Under the pieces are notes generated by a model. That model did no database searches. It was not told the DNA's origin and saw only the letters and a program-made list of their open reading frames with translations. Below, in pieces: positions 1 to 10,457 of a stretch of 64,000 nt of DNA. The stretch's first letter is position 1. The number at the start of each line of letters is the position of its first letter. The translations under genes were made by a program, and so were the position numbers. The DNA is from Planctomycetota bacterium (lineage in GTDB: Bacteria > Planctomycetota > UBA8108 > SXIK01). The stretch is taken from the NCBI GenBank assembly GCA_965223265.1, contig OZ244999.1:6848001-6912000 (forward strand), read 5' to 3'.

Positions 1-505
1 AGCTTCCGCCCCGGAGGGTAAGACAAGCCAGCTGCAGCGCGAAGAGAAACCCGATCCGACCCGACTTTCGGTGCTCGGAGGCAGAAAGTCGTCCCGGGTC
101 GACGACGCCGTTGGCTGAACCGCTCGCTACCGTACACCGCCGAGAGCACGAGGACGGGGAGAAGGGATTTTTTTGTGCGCCGGCGCCACCATTCACTGTA
201 AAATGGGGCTCTGACGTGGGTCTCAAACGCACACGTCACCTTCTCTCTCTACTCTCTCGACCTACCGTCTTTGCCGTTCGGTTGTCACTTCCTCGCGAAC
301 TCACAAAGCTTTTTACTGTAGCGCTTTGGGTTTTCTCACTTGTGCGGGGAATGGCCGCCAACAGCAGGTCGTGGCTTGACGGTACGCGGATTGCTAAGTC
401 AGCGCTAGGTGAAGCACGGCGCTGAGGCAATGGACGTCAGCGGAGACTGAAGTCCAAACCGTGCCGTCGAACTTCCCGCAACCTCACCCAAGTACGGACA
501 GAGAA

Positions 506-2416
506 ATGAAGCAGGAGCACCGTCTGGCGCATTGCATTCTACGGCTGACACTTGCCGCCACCCTTTTGACTACGCTCGCCATATGGCAAACCGGTTGCGA
601 CGACGGCAGAGCCGCACCCGGGGTCGGCCTGGCGAACGTCTCGCAAGCAGCCCCGCGGCTCCCCGAGCGCGATCCGGAGACCAGCGACTACCGGCCATAC
701 TACGGCTCGGCTGACATGAATCGACCGCGCTATCTGCACGAGGCCGTGTTCTCGCGCAACGGGCTGGTGTACGTCTTTGGTGGTTCGGACGAGCGTGGGC
801 TGTCGTCGCTCGACTCCGTCGAATTCTTTGATCAAGCAGCGATCGATAAGGACGCAGTCGAGCCGGAGACGCTGACCGGTGTATGGTTCGACACCAACTT
901 CGAAGGCGATACGATCGTTTTCGAGGGCGGCCCGCGCGTCCTCTTCACGGTGAGCACTTTGTCTGACGGCACCATGATCATCATCGGTGGCACCGTCGAC
1001 CTCGGCGAGTCCGCGCAGGCGTTCGAGAGCTCCGAGATCTTTGACCCAGAGATGCGGATGTTCGAAGAAGTCGAAAGCGACATGGAAATCGCCCGCTTTC
1101 GCCACCAGACGGTCCAGCTCTTCGACGGCAACTTCCTCATTATCGGTGGCCAGGACATCAGCGCCGTAACGGTCCTGACTCAGGGTGAGATCGGCCAGCC
1201 GCCGCGACAGGAAAACCGAACTGTATTTCAGTCGGTCGAAGAGCTTGAAGTCTTCTCGGTGACGACGAATGAGTTCGAAATCTTCACCTTCCCGAATCAG
1301 CAAAACCGTGAGGTGACGCTCAATACACCACGTGGCCGCGCCGGTCACGGTACGGTGGCGCTGGCCGGCTTCGATCAAGTCCTCGACACGGGCGACGACC
1401 TCTTCGTCATCGCCGGCGGCTACCAGACCCTCAGCGGCAGCGCCGCACCGCAGACGAAGCTTCCTGGGATTGTTCGCTCTGATCAAGCTGACGCGCTGAC
1501 CGTGATCGAGTTCTTTGATCCAGTCACAAGTATTGTCACTCAGGCGGGAAACGTCTCGCTGCAAGAGCCGCGCATCGAGTTCGCGAACATGGCGAACCTT
1601 GGCCAGTTCAACGATTTCACGATCGATGGCGTGGCGGGAATGGGCAACGCGATCCTGATCACCGGCGGCCACGATGACGATGGTCCCAACTCATTCCGCG
1701 GCCGCAACTCCGAAGTGTTGGTCGCAACCTATAGCGGCTTCGGTCCTGCCCAAGGACTCCAGTTCTTCAACGTCAATGACCTACAGACTCTGTCGCAGGT
1801 ACAAGGCGTCGAATTCGAACTGGGCGCAATGGATCCTCTCGATTTCCAGGTCGGGCGCGCGATGACCAATGTCGTGTCTCTACCACGCCGGCTCGTAACG
1901 GCACCCAACGTCCCGGACATCGGGACGTGGGTCTTCGCGCTCGCTGGCGTCTCGTTCGGGTCGACTGGCCAGCGGACGGATATCGGCGACGAGATTACCG
2001 AGTTCGAGAGCGCCGGCGTCATTCGTTCTGGCTGCGTGTTCGACCCGTTCTACAACCTCCGCGGCGCGAGTATCCTGGGTGTTTCTGCCCGCGACCTCGA
2101 CGCCGAACGGACGCTCAACAACCCGCTGGGAATCGTCGGCACGTGGCTGACTCTCGACGGGGAGATTCCGACCACCGACCTGCTCTTCTTCGCCAGCACA
2201 CCAGCCTCCAATTGGGCACGTACAACCGCCGGAATACGCGTCTTGCCGAAGAATATCGCGATTCCCGGGGAAGACGGAATCATCGACACTCCGGATGACC
2301 GGATTCTTCTCTCCGGCGGCGGCGTCGATCCTGACACCGTTGGTGGTGAACCGACCGCCCCGTCGACCGAAGTCTTCCTGCCACCCGGGGTCAACAGCGG
2401 TACGCCGTCGGACTGA
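506..2416 (+). CDS. Kelch/galactose-oxidase-like beta-propeller protein, probable lipoprotein
   Basis: Kelch blades (MNRPRYLHEAV..VYVFGG, MEIARFRHQTVQLFDGNFLIIGG, PRGRAGHGTV..VIAGG) and an N-terminal hydrophobic stretch ending QTGC. ATG 506 preferred over GTG 461. Confidence 0.75.
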   Translation: MKQEHRLAHCILRLTLAATLLTTLAIWQTGCDDGRAAPGVGLANVSQAAPRLPERDPETSDYRPYYGSADMNRPRYLHEAVFSRNGLVYVFGGSDERGLSSLDSVEFFDQAAIDKDAVEPETLTGVWFDTNFEGDTIVFEGGPRVLFTVSTLSDGTMIIIGGTVDLGESAQAFESSEIFDPEMRMFEEVESDMEIARFRHQTVQLFDGNFLIIGGQDISAVTVLTQGEIGQPPRQENRTVFQSVEELEVFSVTTNEFEIFTFPNQQNREVTLNTPRGRAGHGTVALAGFDQVLDTGDDLFVIAGGYQTLSGSAAPQTKLPGIVRSDQADALTVIEFFDPVTSIVTQAGNVSLQEPRIEFANMANLGQFNDFTIDGVAGMGNAILITGGHDDDGPNSFRGRNSEVLVATYSGFGPAQGLQFFNVNDLQTLSQVQGVEFELGAMDPLDFQVGRAMTNVVSLPRRLVTAPNVPDIGTWVFALAGVSFGSTGQRTDIGDEITEFESAGVIRSGCVFDPFYNLRGASILGVSARDLDAERTLNNPLGIVGTWLTLDGEIPTTDLLFFASTPASNWARTTAGIRVLPKNIAIPGEDGIIDTPDDRILLSGGGVDPDTVGGEPTAPSTEVFLPPGVNSGTPSD

Positions 2417-2538
2417 TTTCGGTTGGTTTGCGGATCTGACTCGCTGCAAGCGTCGTTCAAAGTCATTTCACCGCAGTCGATGTCGACGTAAGATCGACCG
2501 TCGACACTACGCCCTCTCCACCTCTACCACCTCCGACG

Positions 2539-3612
2539 ATGAACTCCCGCCCCATCCTCCCCATCGCGCTGTTCGCCGGCCTCGGCCTGGCTTGTCTCGC
2601 TCTGTGCTTCTACCTGTTCCTCGGCATTCGGCAAAGCGTCGAGCTTCAGCCGGCGCCGACCGCAGCGCCGACTCCGGTTCCCACGATCACTCCGATCGGT
2701 TCGCCGACAGACCCTGATCCATACATCCTCGAGCAGACGCCGCGCTACGAAGGCCGCTACTCGCGCTGGAACATCGCCGATTTCCCGGCAGGCTGGGACG
2801 ACGCCCTGGCAAGCAAGATTCACGCCTATTTCGAGCGCATGGAATTCCAAGACGCGCGCCTTCGTAATGACATCATCGCGATGCGCGAAGAGTTCCGCGA
2901 CTTCCTCGCTACGCTCGGCCCCGAGGCGCTACCGACCCTCGCGGCGATATTGAACCACGAATCAGATTTCGTCGATCGCCGCTTCCTGCTCTACGCAATC
3001 GGCGAGCTCGGCCCCGAAGCCGAAGAAGCGACGTTTCATCTGCGCGATTTCTTCGAAGCCCGGCGCGAGGATCCGAACGCATTCTCTGAGATGCTGCATG
3101 TGATCTCGGCGATGTCGCATCTGGAGAATGACACGTCGATGGGCACGCTGCAGGAGTATGTCGCGCGAGACGAGTTGGATCGGTTCAGACCGAAGCTCAT
3201 CGAGGCTCTCGGCCGTCACCCACGCCGCGGCGAAGCCGTCGACCAGATCGTCGGCTACGTCGACGACGGCCACCCGAATGTCCGCAACAAGGCGGCGCAG
3301 TTTCTTGGCGAGACCCGGCAGGAAAATACCCTCGATACGGTTTACCGCGCCCTCGAAGGCGAATCGAACCCAGTGGTTCGCCAGACGCTCCTCGGCACCG
3401 TAGGAAAGATCGGCTCTCCAGACTCGATTCCGTTCCTGGCGAACGAAGCGAAATACGCCACGCAGCGTGTCGTGCGCCTGAGCGCCGCCAGAGCCATCAG
3501 CCGCATCGGAACCGAGTACGGAAAAGAAACCCTGCGCGAACTGATCGCTCAGGAACCTGACGACTACGTCAGGGACAACATCCGCAAGTGGCTTACCGAG
3601 CTCGAGTCGTAA
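2539..3612 (+). CDS. HEAT/PBS-lyase repeat protein with N-terminal membrane anchor
   Basis: N-terminal TM helix; repeats such as PNVRNKAAQFLG, PVVRQTLLGTVGKIG and VVRLSAARAISRIG. Confidence 0.8.
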   Translation: MNSRPILPIALFAGLGLACLALCFYLFLGIRQSVELQPAPTAAPTPVPTITPIGSPTDPDPYILEQTPRYEGRYSRWNIADFPAGWDDALASKIHAYFERMEFQDARLRNDIIAMREEFRDFLATLGPEALPTLAAILNHESDFVDRRFLLYAIGELGPEAEEATFHLRDFFEARREDPNAFSEMLHVISAMSHLENDTSMGTLQEYVARDELDRFRPKLIEALGRHPRRGEAVDQIVGYVDDGHPNVRNKAAQFLGETRQENTLDTVYRALEGESNPVVRQTLLGTVGKIGSPDSIPFLANEAKYATQRVVRLSAARAISRIGTEYGKETLRELIAQEPDDYVRDNIRKWLTELES

Positions 3613-4036
3613 CGGCGAGCTTGCAGCCGACTCGGGAGAGAGCGCCGATCTGGCGACTCTTGGCCCCCAAAAAGAGTGGAGCGGTTACCGCCGAACGGAC
3701 ACGGCTCGGCGTGAACAGGCCGAAATCTCGGTCGAATAGTTCTCTTCCCGACTGTTCCACTCGAGTTTGGCCTATTTCGCTTTCCGCCTGGGAACATTCG
3801 GTGCGGGAGCGACCCCGTTCAGGTGAAGTCAAGCATCGGCCTCCTGGCATTCGCCGAAGCGCCGGACAGGTCGTTCTCACACGCCCGAGGGCAGAAACAG
3901 GTCGTTCAAAGTGGCGCTGGAATCCCCGTGAACTCATCGGGCCAGGCCGGCGCGAAATCGCCGCGCTCGAGGTAAGATACTGGGCCGCAGTACCGGACTG
4001 CGGCGTGATCACGCGCCTCCCGCACCAGAGCGCAGG

Positions 4037-6394
4037 ATGAGCCGCCTCTCCCGTTACACTCCCAAACCAGGCTCCACGGTCGGCGACGCCGCCGTACCGC
4101 TCGCCGGACCGTTCATCGCACTTCTCGCGGTGCTGAGCCTCGCCCTGCAGGGCTGCCGCGATCGCACGGATGCCGTGCTGCTGCGAGCTGAGGTCGCAGA
4201 CGACAACCACAACGGAATCGTCGATGCCGGGGAGCTGCTCGAGCTCAGCTTCGACACCGCATTGAGCCACGAGATCAGCGCCGACGAGCTCCTCATCGCG
4301 GCCTCCAGCGGCGAGACGCTCCCCTGCGAGCTGCAGCGCCGCGAGGGTCAACGACTGGTCTTCACCATCTCAGAGACTCGCCAGCCCCTGCGAATCAGTG
4401 GCGTCTTTGACCCCGAGCATCGCAGCGGCGACGCAGCGGCAGCCGTCTCGGTACTCCTCACTGCGGATGACCCGCCACATTGGGTCGACCTCGACTTCTC
4501 CCGGTCGCACCCCGTCCTGCAGCGCGCCGTGTGGAAAGATGCACCGCCGTTCGATCTCGTCGTCAATCGTGGCGACATCGTCGAGCTCGTGTTCGACCGA
4601 CCTGTCGAGCTGCGAGCGCGCGACGGTGCGGCAACGGTACGGCGACCAGTTCTCCGACGTCCCGACGAAATCACCTTTGCTGGCGACCTCGATCGACTCG
4701 ACGACGGACGGGTGAGGACCGTCCTGCAGCAAAGCGGTACCGACCCGATGACGGTGCAGGCGGTCCTCGGCTCAAGCCCCTTCTTCGCGGTCGGCGAGAC
4801 CCTCATGGATGCGCCCGACAGCGGCGGCGACCGGCAGCCTTCGGCACTCGTTCTCGGCGGCAGTGTCGTCTTTCCCCTCACCACTATCGTCAACCCGCGC
4901 GGCGGCTGGGGCGCTGTGTCCTCTGGCCCCATCAGCATCGAAGCGGACGCGTCACTGCCGCGCCCACGGAGTTTACCCGGCCTGCGATTCCCATCACCGG
5001 GAGATCGCCGCGGCCACACCGTCACACCGCTTTCGGAGACGCGCGCGCTCGTCATCGGAGGCGAAGCGCTCGCCACCAAGAGCCCTCTCAACCAAATCCT
5101 ACTCTTCGATCCACGCGGACCCGGACGCCTCCGTGATCTGGAGAGCGACGGCGTCGCCCTCCCTACCGGCTCGATCAAACACACCGCGACTCTCCTCCCG
5201 GGAAACGATGGTATCGCGCGCAGCGAAGACGATCTCATTGTTGTGATCGGCGGGACAAACGCTTCGCAGGAAGCACTCGACACCGTCCTAGCCCTTCAAC
5301 TGGAGGGGCGGAGCGTCGCGCTGGCGAAATTCCGTGGCGGTGCGCCCCCGAGACTCCGAGTCCCCCGTGCAGAACACGCCGCGGTCGCCGTCGGTCCATA
5401 CTCGATTCTCATTGACGGCGGCAACGCAAGCGGCTCCCGCCGCTCAGGACTCGTCGGCTGCGCCGAACTCATCCGATTCGCGCCTTCCAAAGACCGAACG
5501 CTCACCGTGGTCGAGCATAGCCTCGTTCGATCCCTGCCGCGGATCGGCCACACGCTCACGCTGCTGCCAATCACTCCAGCTGGCGAGACCTTCGTCCTCG
5601 CCTACGGAGGGTATGGGGCGCCACCGCAAAGGGATCTCAGCGGTCGGCTGCCCGGCAACCAAGACGCTCGCCTGGGTGAGCCTGTCGGCTCACCCGCTGC
5701 CGCAGATTTCTTCGTCGACTATGCCGTCCGCGGGGCGGTGCTCGTCTCGCCGGTGCTCTTCAACATCGGTGATCCCACTCAGTCCATCCGGATCGAGCTC
5801 TCGCCGTCGACCTACCACTTCGCCATGCCTCGATCCGGGCATGGCGCCATGCTGCTCGAGGGCCACGACAATCAGCCGAGCCGGGTCGTCATCGCTGGTG
5901 GGACCTCGTATCACTTGTCGCAGGGTTACGGCGGCGGCCTCTCCAGCTGGGAGACGCCAGTTGACGTGCTCACCGAGCGCCGTGGCCGCTCGAGTCCGAT
6001 TCCCGAGCCGCACGACGCCGGTGACGCGGTCGTCTTTCACTTCGCACCCGAAGAGCCCGCAGCCAGTACGTTCGAAATCCTCCCCAATCCATCGTCAGAC
6101 GCCGCGCAGGTCATGCCGCGCACGTCGCCGGCAACCGTGCATGTTCCGGGTTTGGGCGTCCTGTTTCTCGGGGGATACTCGCCGCCAGAGGGCATGCCTC
6201 TGGCTGAAGCCGCGGTGTTCGTCGAGCGCGTCGGGACCGACCCCTGGACCAAGCTCGCTGTGGGACTGCTTTGCGGCCGGAGCGGACACGCTGCTTACGC
6301 CGCCAGCCGCGGCGGAGTGCCGGCGATCTACGTGCTCGGTGGCGAGACCCTCGGCTCGGAGTGTGCCTCGGTGGAGTACGTGCCTCTGCGGTGA
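4037..6394 (+). CDS. Kelch-repeat beta-propeller protein, probable lipoprotein
   Basis: Lipobox-like ALQGC; blades RRGHTVTPL..LVIGG, PRAEHAAV..LIDGG, PRIGHTLTLL..AYGG, PRSGHGA..IAGG, GRSGHAA..YVLGG. Confidence 0.75.
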   Translation: MSRLSRYTPKPGSTVGDAAVPLAGPFIALLAVLSLALQGCRDRTDAVLLRAEVADDNHNGIVDAGELLELSFDTALSHEISADELLIAASSGETLPCELQRREGQRLVFTISETRQPLRISGVFDPEHRSGDAAAAVSVLLTADDPPHWVDLDFSRSHPVLQRAVWKDAPPFDLVVNRGDIVELVFDRPVELRARDGAATVRRPVLRRPDEITFAGDLDRLDDGRVRTVLQQSGTDPMTVQAVLGSSPFFAVGETLMDAPDSGGDRQPSALVLGGSVVFPLTTIVNPRGGWGAVSSGPISIEADASLPRPRSLPGLRFPSPGDRRGHTVTPLSETRALVIGGEALATKSPLNQILLFDPRGPGRLRDLESDGVALPTGSIKHTATLLPGNDGIARSEDDLIVVIGGTNASQEALDTVLALQLEGRSVALAKFRGGAPPRLRVPRAEHAAVAVGPYSILIDGGNASGSRRSGLVGCAELIRFAPSKDRTLTVVEHSLVRSLPRIGHTLTLLPITPAGETFVLAYGGYGAPPQRDLSGRLPGNQDARLGEPVGSPAAADFFVDYAVRGAVLVSPVLFNIGDPTQSIRIELSPSTYHFAMPRSGHGAMLLEGHDNQPSRVVIAGGTSYHLSQGYGGGLSSWETPVDVLTERRGRSSPIPEPHDAGDAVVFHFAPEEPAASTFEILPNPSSDAAQVMPRTSPATVHVPGLGVLFLGGYSPPEGMPLAEAAVFVERVGTDPWTKLAVGLLCGRSGHAAYAASRGGVPAIYVLGGETLGSECASVEYVPLR

Positions 6395-6672
6395 ACGTCG
6401 CGCCTGGGTCCGAGCTCAACTCGCGGCGCCGCTGAATGCTCTCCGACTCGTCACCGGAGACGCGAAGTCTGCGTGTTGTACGCCCAAAAAAGTGGCAAGT
6501 TTTCGAGTCGGTGCGTAGCACGCCGCGCGCGACGTCCGATCGCTGCGGCGATGCTCAGCCGCGGTGAAGTCCACTCCACGTGGCGCCGCCCCGAACGCCG
6601 CTATACTGACACGCACTTCTCGCCGGTCCTGCTCCCCGTGTTTTGCCGCGCTGAAGTCCGAGTCGTTCGCGA

Positions 6673-7218
6673 CTACGGCCCGCCCGGCGCTTCATAGTCA
6701 ACGAACTGCACTGAACAAAGCCACTGATCCTCTCCCGGCGAGCGCCGATCCCGACGGAGATCGAACGACTGCACGCGCACCGTCGACTTCGCGGCCTTGA
6801 CGGCGGCGACGAACTGCAGAATCGGCGTCATCTTGGCGACGTTGAGGTCAAGAGATTGTTGAACCTCCCTGCGCCCCGTCTGGCTGCGCGAAGGAGGCGT
6901 CACCAACGGCGGGAACGTCTTGTAGCTCAGGGCGTAGCTCTCAAGCTTCTCGGTGATCAGATCCCGAAGGCCGCGCTGACTCTTTGGGCTCTGCTCGCTC
7001 GCATGCCACTGCTGCTGCAGGATCTTCGATTCCGGTGTCAGCAGCCGGTCGCCGAGGCGACCGTACGCTGCCGTCGCACCTGTGGCGGCCTGACCCCACG
7101 ACGGAATCAGATACGACTTCAGGACCAGCGTCATGAGGAAAAACCCGCCAGCCGTCATGAAGAAGGTGAGGATCGCAATCTGGAGCTTTTGGCCGCCATC
7201 GGCCTGTGAGGTGTTCAT
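6673..7218 (-). CDS. GspM/PilO-like inner-membrane platform protein
   Basis: Single N-terminal TM and a small periplasmic domain; last gene of the operon, 2 nt after the pilM-like gene. The call rests largely on context. Confidence 0.5.
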   Translation of the reverse strand: MNTSQADGGQKLQIAILTFFMTAGGFFLMTLVLKSYLIPSWGQAATGATAAYGRLGDRLLTPESKILQQQWHASEQSPKSQRGLRDLITEKLESYALSYKTFPPLVTPPSRSQTGRREVQQSLDLNVAKMTPILQFVAAVKAAKSTVRVQSFDLRRDRRSPGEDQWLCSVQFVDYEAPGGP

Positions 7219-7220
7219 CG

Positions 7221-9137
7221 TTAGCTCCGCAAGTGACCTGGCTTGACGTCGAGCTTGAGAGTGATCTTGTAGCCACCCGATTTCTTGTCGGGAGCGGACT
7301 GCGACGTTGAGGTGAAGTACTTCGAACGCTCGGATCGGAACTGCTTGTCAAACTTGATGTGAGCGTCAGACTCTTCAGCGAAGAGCACGACACGCGAGGG
7401 CGACACCTGCCAACGGGGTTTGGGCGCACCGCGATCCCTCTTGCTGCCACCACCAGCTCGCGAACGCTGCAGGCGAAGGTCGAAGTCCATCGACTCGATC
7501 GTGAAGTGCACTCCAGCGCCGTTGAGCACCTCGCCGACGTTCTTCGTCACGTCCACGAAGTCGAGAAAGCGCGCGGCGTCGCCGAGCCCGCCAGCCTTCC
7601 ACTGCTTGAGCTGCTCCTCGGCGGCACGCACCGGATCTCTCCCAGACGGGAGGTCCTTACTGAAGAAATTCTTGTAGGCCATCGCCGACTGTGCCTTTTT
7701 CGTAGCCACTGTCGTCTTGGCTTTTCTGTATTCGTGAAAACTCCAGTACGTCATGTTGAGAAAGAACGCGAAACAGAGAATCGAGCAGGTGAGCAGCGCA
7801 AAACGCAGCTTCTCAAAACGCCGCTCGTAGCGGTAGGGCCCCTTACGAAAATCGACGTTTGAGGTATCGTGCCCGAGCCCCTTCGCCGCCAGCCCGAGGG
7901 CCACACCGCCATGCTTACCCAGTCGCTCGGCTGCCTCGTGGCCGAGGTCGCTGGGCAGGGCATCTCCAAAGTCGAGCTCGACGACGTCGACGTCAAACTC
8001 TTCCTGGAAGAACTGACGCGCCTCGGGTCGACTATGACCGCCGGTCAGGCAGATGAGGTCAACCGGTGCATCGAGCTGATAAGTCGCAAAGGTGCGGTGG
8101 GTCTCGATCGCGATGCGCTCGAGGTAATCACCGTAGTCGAGATTGTGTTCGGTGGTCGTCTCAGGGGCGTCGGAGCTCGGAGCGGCCGGCGTCACATCCA
8201 GCAGTGTCGGCTCGGAGCTCGACGCGGCATTCTGCACGCGTTCGTAGTCCTCGTCGGAGAGAATGGCGATCGGCGGTTCGGTCGGATCCTGCAGGCCGAG
8301 ATCAAATTGATCGGATGCGACCGGCTCAAGGCGCTTCAGCGCCGCCTCGATCTCCTGAAAGCGCGTCTCGATCGAGCCAGAGAAAATCGACTCGCCTTCG
8401 TCTGGGTCGCCGTCACCGCCGCTCAGCGCTGGAGGGCTCACGCCCGCCGGCGCCGCCATCATCCGCTGCCCGGCAGTCACTGCTGCGGCCGTGCGCAGCG
8501 ATCGAACTTTGCGCAGCTTGCCGTCCTGAACGAGCACGATCTTCGTCGAGGTCGAGCCCATGTCAATGATGAGGGCGCTTGCCGTCGGGTCGTAGTAGGG
8601 TGAGAGCGCAAAGGCGTTCGCCACCGCCGCGGCATCGAGATCGAGCGCGATGGGGTCAACGTCTGCACTGCGCAGCGTCGCGAGGTAGTCCTCGATCTGC
8701 TCCTTAGGCACAGCAAAGAGCAGCAGTTGGCTCTTACCGTCCAGTTCGCCGACCTTGATCCACTCCAGGATGACCTCGTCGATGTCAAAGGCGAGAAAGT
8801 GATGCTCCGCCTCAAACGACACGGTTCTCTGGATCTGATCCTCACGCGTGAATGGAATCGAGAACTCACGGATGCCGCAGTCCTTCGCGTCGAGGGCAAC
8901 GACGACTTCCGCGCCCTCGAGCTTTCGTGCTCGCAGGATCTCCCGCACGCGGGCACCCAGGCCGGACGCTTCTTCGTCGCCGCCGCCGGCCTCACCATCT
9001 GCTGAGGCGGCGGGCGGAGACTCCTCATGCAGGTCTGCCTCGAAGAAATCGACGACGCGGTATTTCCGCGGCGCCCCCGCGAGGACGACTCCTTTGAGGG
9101 TCGAAGTTCCGATATCAAGTCCTACTACGACAGCCAT
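7221..9137 (-). CDS. pilM: PilM/GspL-like actin-fold pilus/T2SS assembly protein fused to a TM and PilN-like C-terminus
   Basis: VVGLDIGTSTLK, IIDMGSTST, ICLTGG and ALGLAAKG are actin-like/PilM motifs; they are followed by NVDFRKG, a TM helix and a periplasmic domain. Confidence 0.8.
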   Translation of the reverse strand: MAVVVGLDIGTSTLKGVVLAGAPRKYRVVDFFEADLHEESPPAASADGEAGGGDEEASGLGARVREILRARKLEGAEVVVALDAKDCGIREFSIPFTREDQIQRTVSFEAEHHFLAFDIDEVILEWIKVGELDGKSQLLLFAVPKEQIEDYLATLRSADVDPIALDLDAAAVANAFALSPYYDPTASALIIDMGSTSTKIVLVQDGKLRKVRSLRTAAAVTAGQRMMAAPAGVSPPALSGGDGDPDEGESIFSGSIETRFQEIEAALKRLEPVASDQFDLGLQDPTEPPIAILSDEDYERVQNAASSSEPTLLDVTPAAPSSDAPETTTEHNLDYGDYLERIAIETHRTFATYQLDAPVDLICLTGGHSRPEARQFFQEEFDVDVVELDFGDALPSDLGHEAAERLGKHGGVALGLAAKGLGHDTSNVDFRKGPYRYERRFEKLRFALLTCSILCFAFFLNMTYWSFHEYRKAKTTVATKKAQSAMAYKNFFSKDLPSGRDPVRAAEEQLKQWKAGGLGDAARFLDFVDVTKNVGEVLNGAGVHFTIESMDFDLRLQRSRAGGGSKRDRGAPKPRWQVSPSRVVLFAEESDAHIKFDKQFRSERSKYFTSTSQSAPDKKSGGYKITLKLDVKPGHLRS

Positions 9138-9186
9138 AATTCCTTTTCGGACGCATTGGCCTGTGAGTTCACTCAGGGACGCTCAC

Positions 9187-10401
9187 TCAGGGGCTCGGGC
9201 TACCGGTAAGGGCCTCCTCTACCTGACGTTTCGCATCTGGGGGCAAGTCCTTGATGCCTTCTCTTAACTCGTCGATTTGCTCGGCCTTCGACTTCGGCGC
9301 CGGAGGCGTGTTCCCGCCAGTCGCACCGCGAGGTGTGGAGGAGCTAGCCGAGTTCGCGGGCGAGCGGCTTGTTGGTGTCGCCGATTTGGCCCGATTCGTT
9401 GGTGAGCGGCGGTTGGCCCTCGAACTGCTTCGGCTCGAGGTTTGGCTAGAACTACGGTTGCGAATCGACGTCCGACTCCCCGGTCGTGCCGGCGACGACT
9501 TGCGCACCCGTTTCGCCTTGAGGGCGTCCGACACCGTGCGCGTCCGCAAAGACCGCTGGTACTCGCGCTCGCGATCCGCCGCTGGTGTGGCCGAGGTATG
9601 ACGCACGATAAACTTCGGTCCCTCGTCTTCCTCGGCGCCTTCCTCCTCCTCGTTTTCCTCCGGCCGAAGTCCGTCTTCGGGACGCGTGAGGTATGGACCC
9701 TCCGGCACGTACGCGAGCGAATACATCTTCGTCGGGCCGGACTCCTCGACCCAGTAAACAAGCTTCTTGGGGTCGGCTGAGTGGACGAAGAAGGTGAGCT
9801 CTTCATCGTCGATCAGCACTTTGCGATCGGACACCGAGAAAAACACCGACGGCGCGGCAGCTACCGGCCGCGTCGTCGTTCGCGCACGACTACTCGCTGG
9901 ACGACGGGTGTTGGGACGTCGAGAGGTGAAGCTCCGTCGTGGCGTGGAGGATTTGCTCGTCTGCTTCTTACGGATGCCAACCCAGTTGCGCATGGGGTCC
10001 TTCGACCAGCCGATGTAGTGGTAGTATTCCCACTCGTTCTCAGCGAGCGGACCGCCCTCGATCTCATCCGCCACCTCGTCCAGTGCACCGGGATCCTCCG
10101 ACGACGGTGACGCACCAGCCGGGAGCGGCTTCACCTTACGCGGTTGCAAGCGCGTACCAACGATCGCAATTTCCCTGGTCGCGTTGGCAGAAGGAAGGGT
10201 GAACCGCGGATCCTTGTGATAAAGGAACTCTTTGAGATCCCTCTCCTTGATCGTAGCCGCTGTGCGCCCACTATCGCTGGCGGTGTCGTCGCGCTGGTAG
10301 CCCTTGTAGGCGCCGATCACAACGCCGCTGACGAGCGCGAGATTGACGACGAGGAGTGCGATGCGCAGATGGGTTACTGACAAGAAACGCGTCAACATCA
10401 C
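9187..10401 (-). CDS. Hypothetical membrane-anchored protein in the T2SS-like operon (GspC-like position), with low-complexity Ser/Arg-rich and acidic segments
   Basis: 404-aa ORF with an N-terminal TM, co-oriented between the gspK-like and pilM-like genes. Confidence 0.55.
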   Translation of the reverse strand: MMLTRFLSVTHLRIALLVVNLALVSGVVIGAYKGYQRDDTASDSGRTAATIKERDLKEFLYHKDPRFTLPSANATREIAIVGTRLQPRKVKPLPAGASPSSEDPGALDEVADEIEGGPLAENEWEYYHYIGWSKDPMRNWVGIRKKQTSKSSTPRRSFTSRRPNTRRPASSRARTTTRPVAAAPSVFFSVSDRKVLIDDEELTFFVHSADPKKLVYWVEESGPTKMYSLAYVPEGPYLTRPEDGLRPEENEEEEGAEEDEGPKFIVRHTSATPAADREREYQRSLRTRTVSDALKAKRVRKSSPARPGSRTSIRNRSSSQTSSRSSSRANRRSPTNRAKSATPTSRSPANSASSSTPRGATGGNTPPAPKSKAEQIDELREGIKDLPPDAKRQVEEALTGSPSP

Positions 10402-10457
10402 TCACACCATTTCAGAGTGGCCATCGATTGTTCAAACCGTTTGATTTCGCTCATGGC

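Noticed and set aside
1-460. Small ORFs or a structured RNA at the window start
   Set aside because: There is an imperfect inverted repeat (cgactttc..gaaagtcg, about 62-90) but no recognisable RNA family or protein motif.
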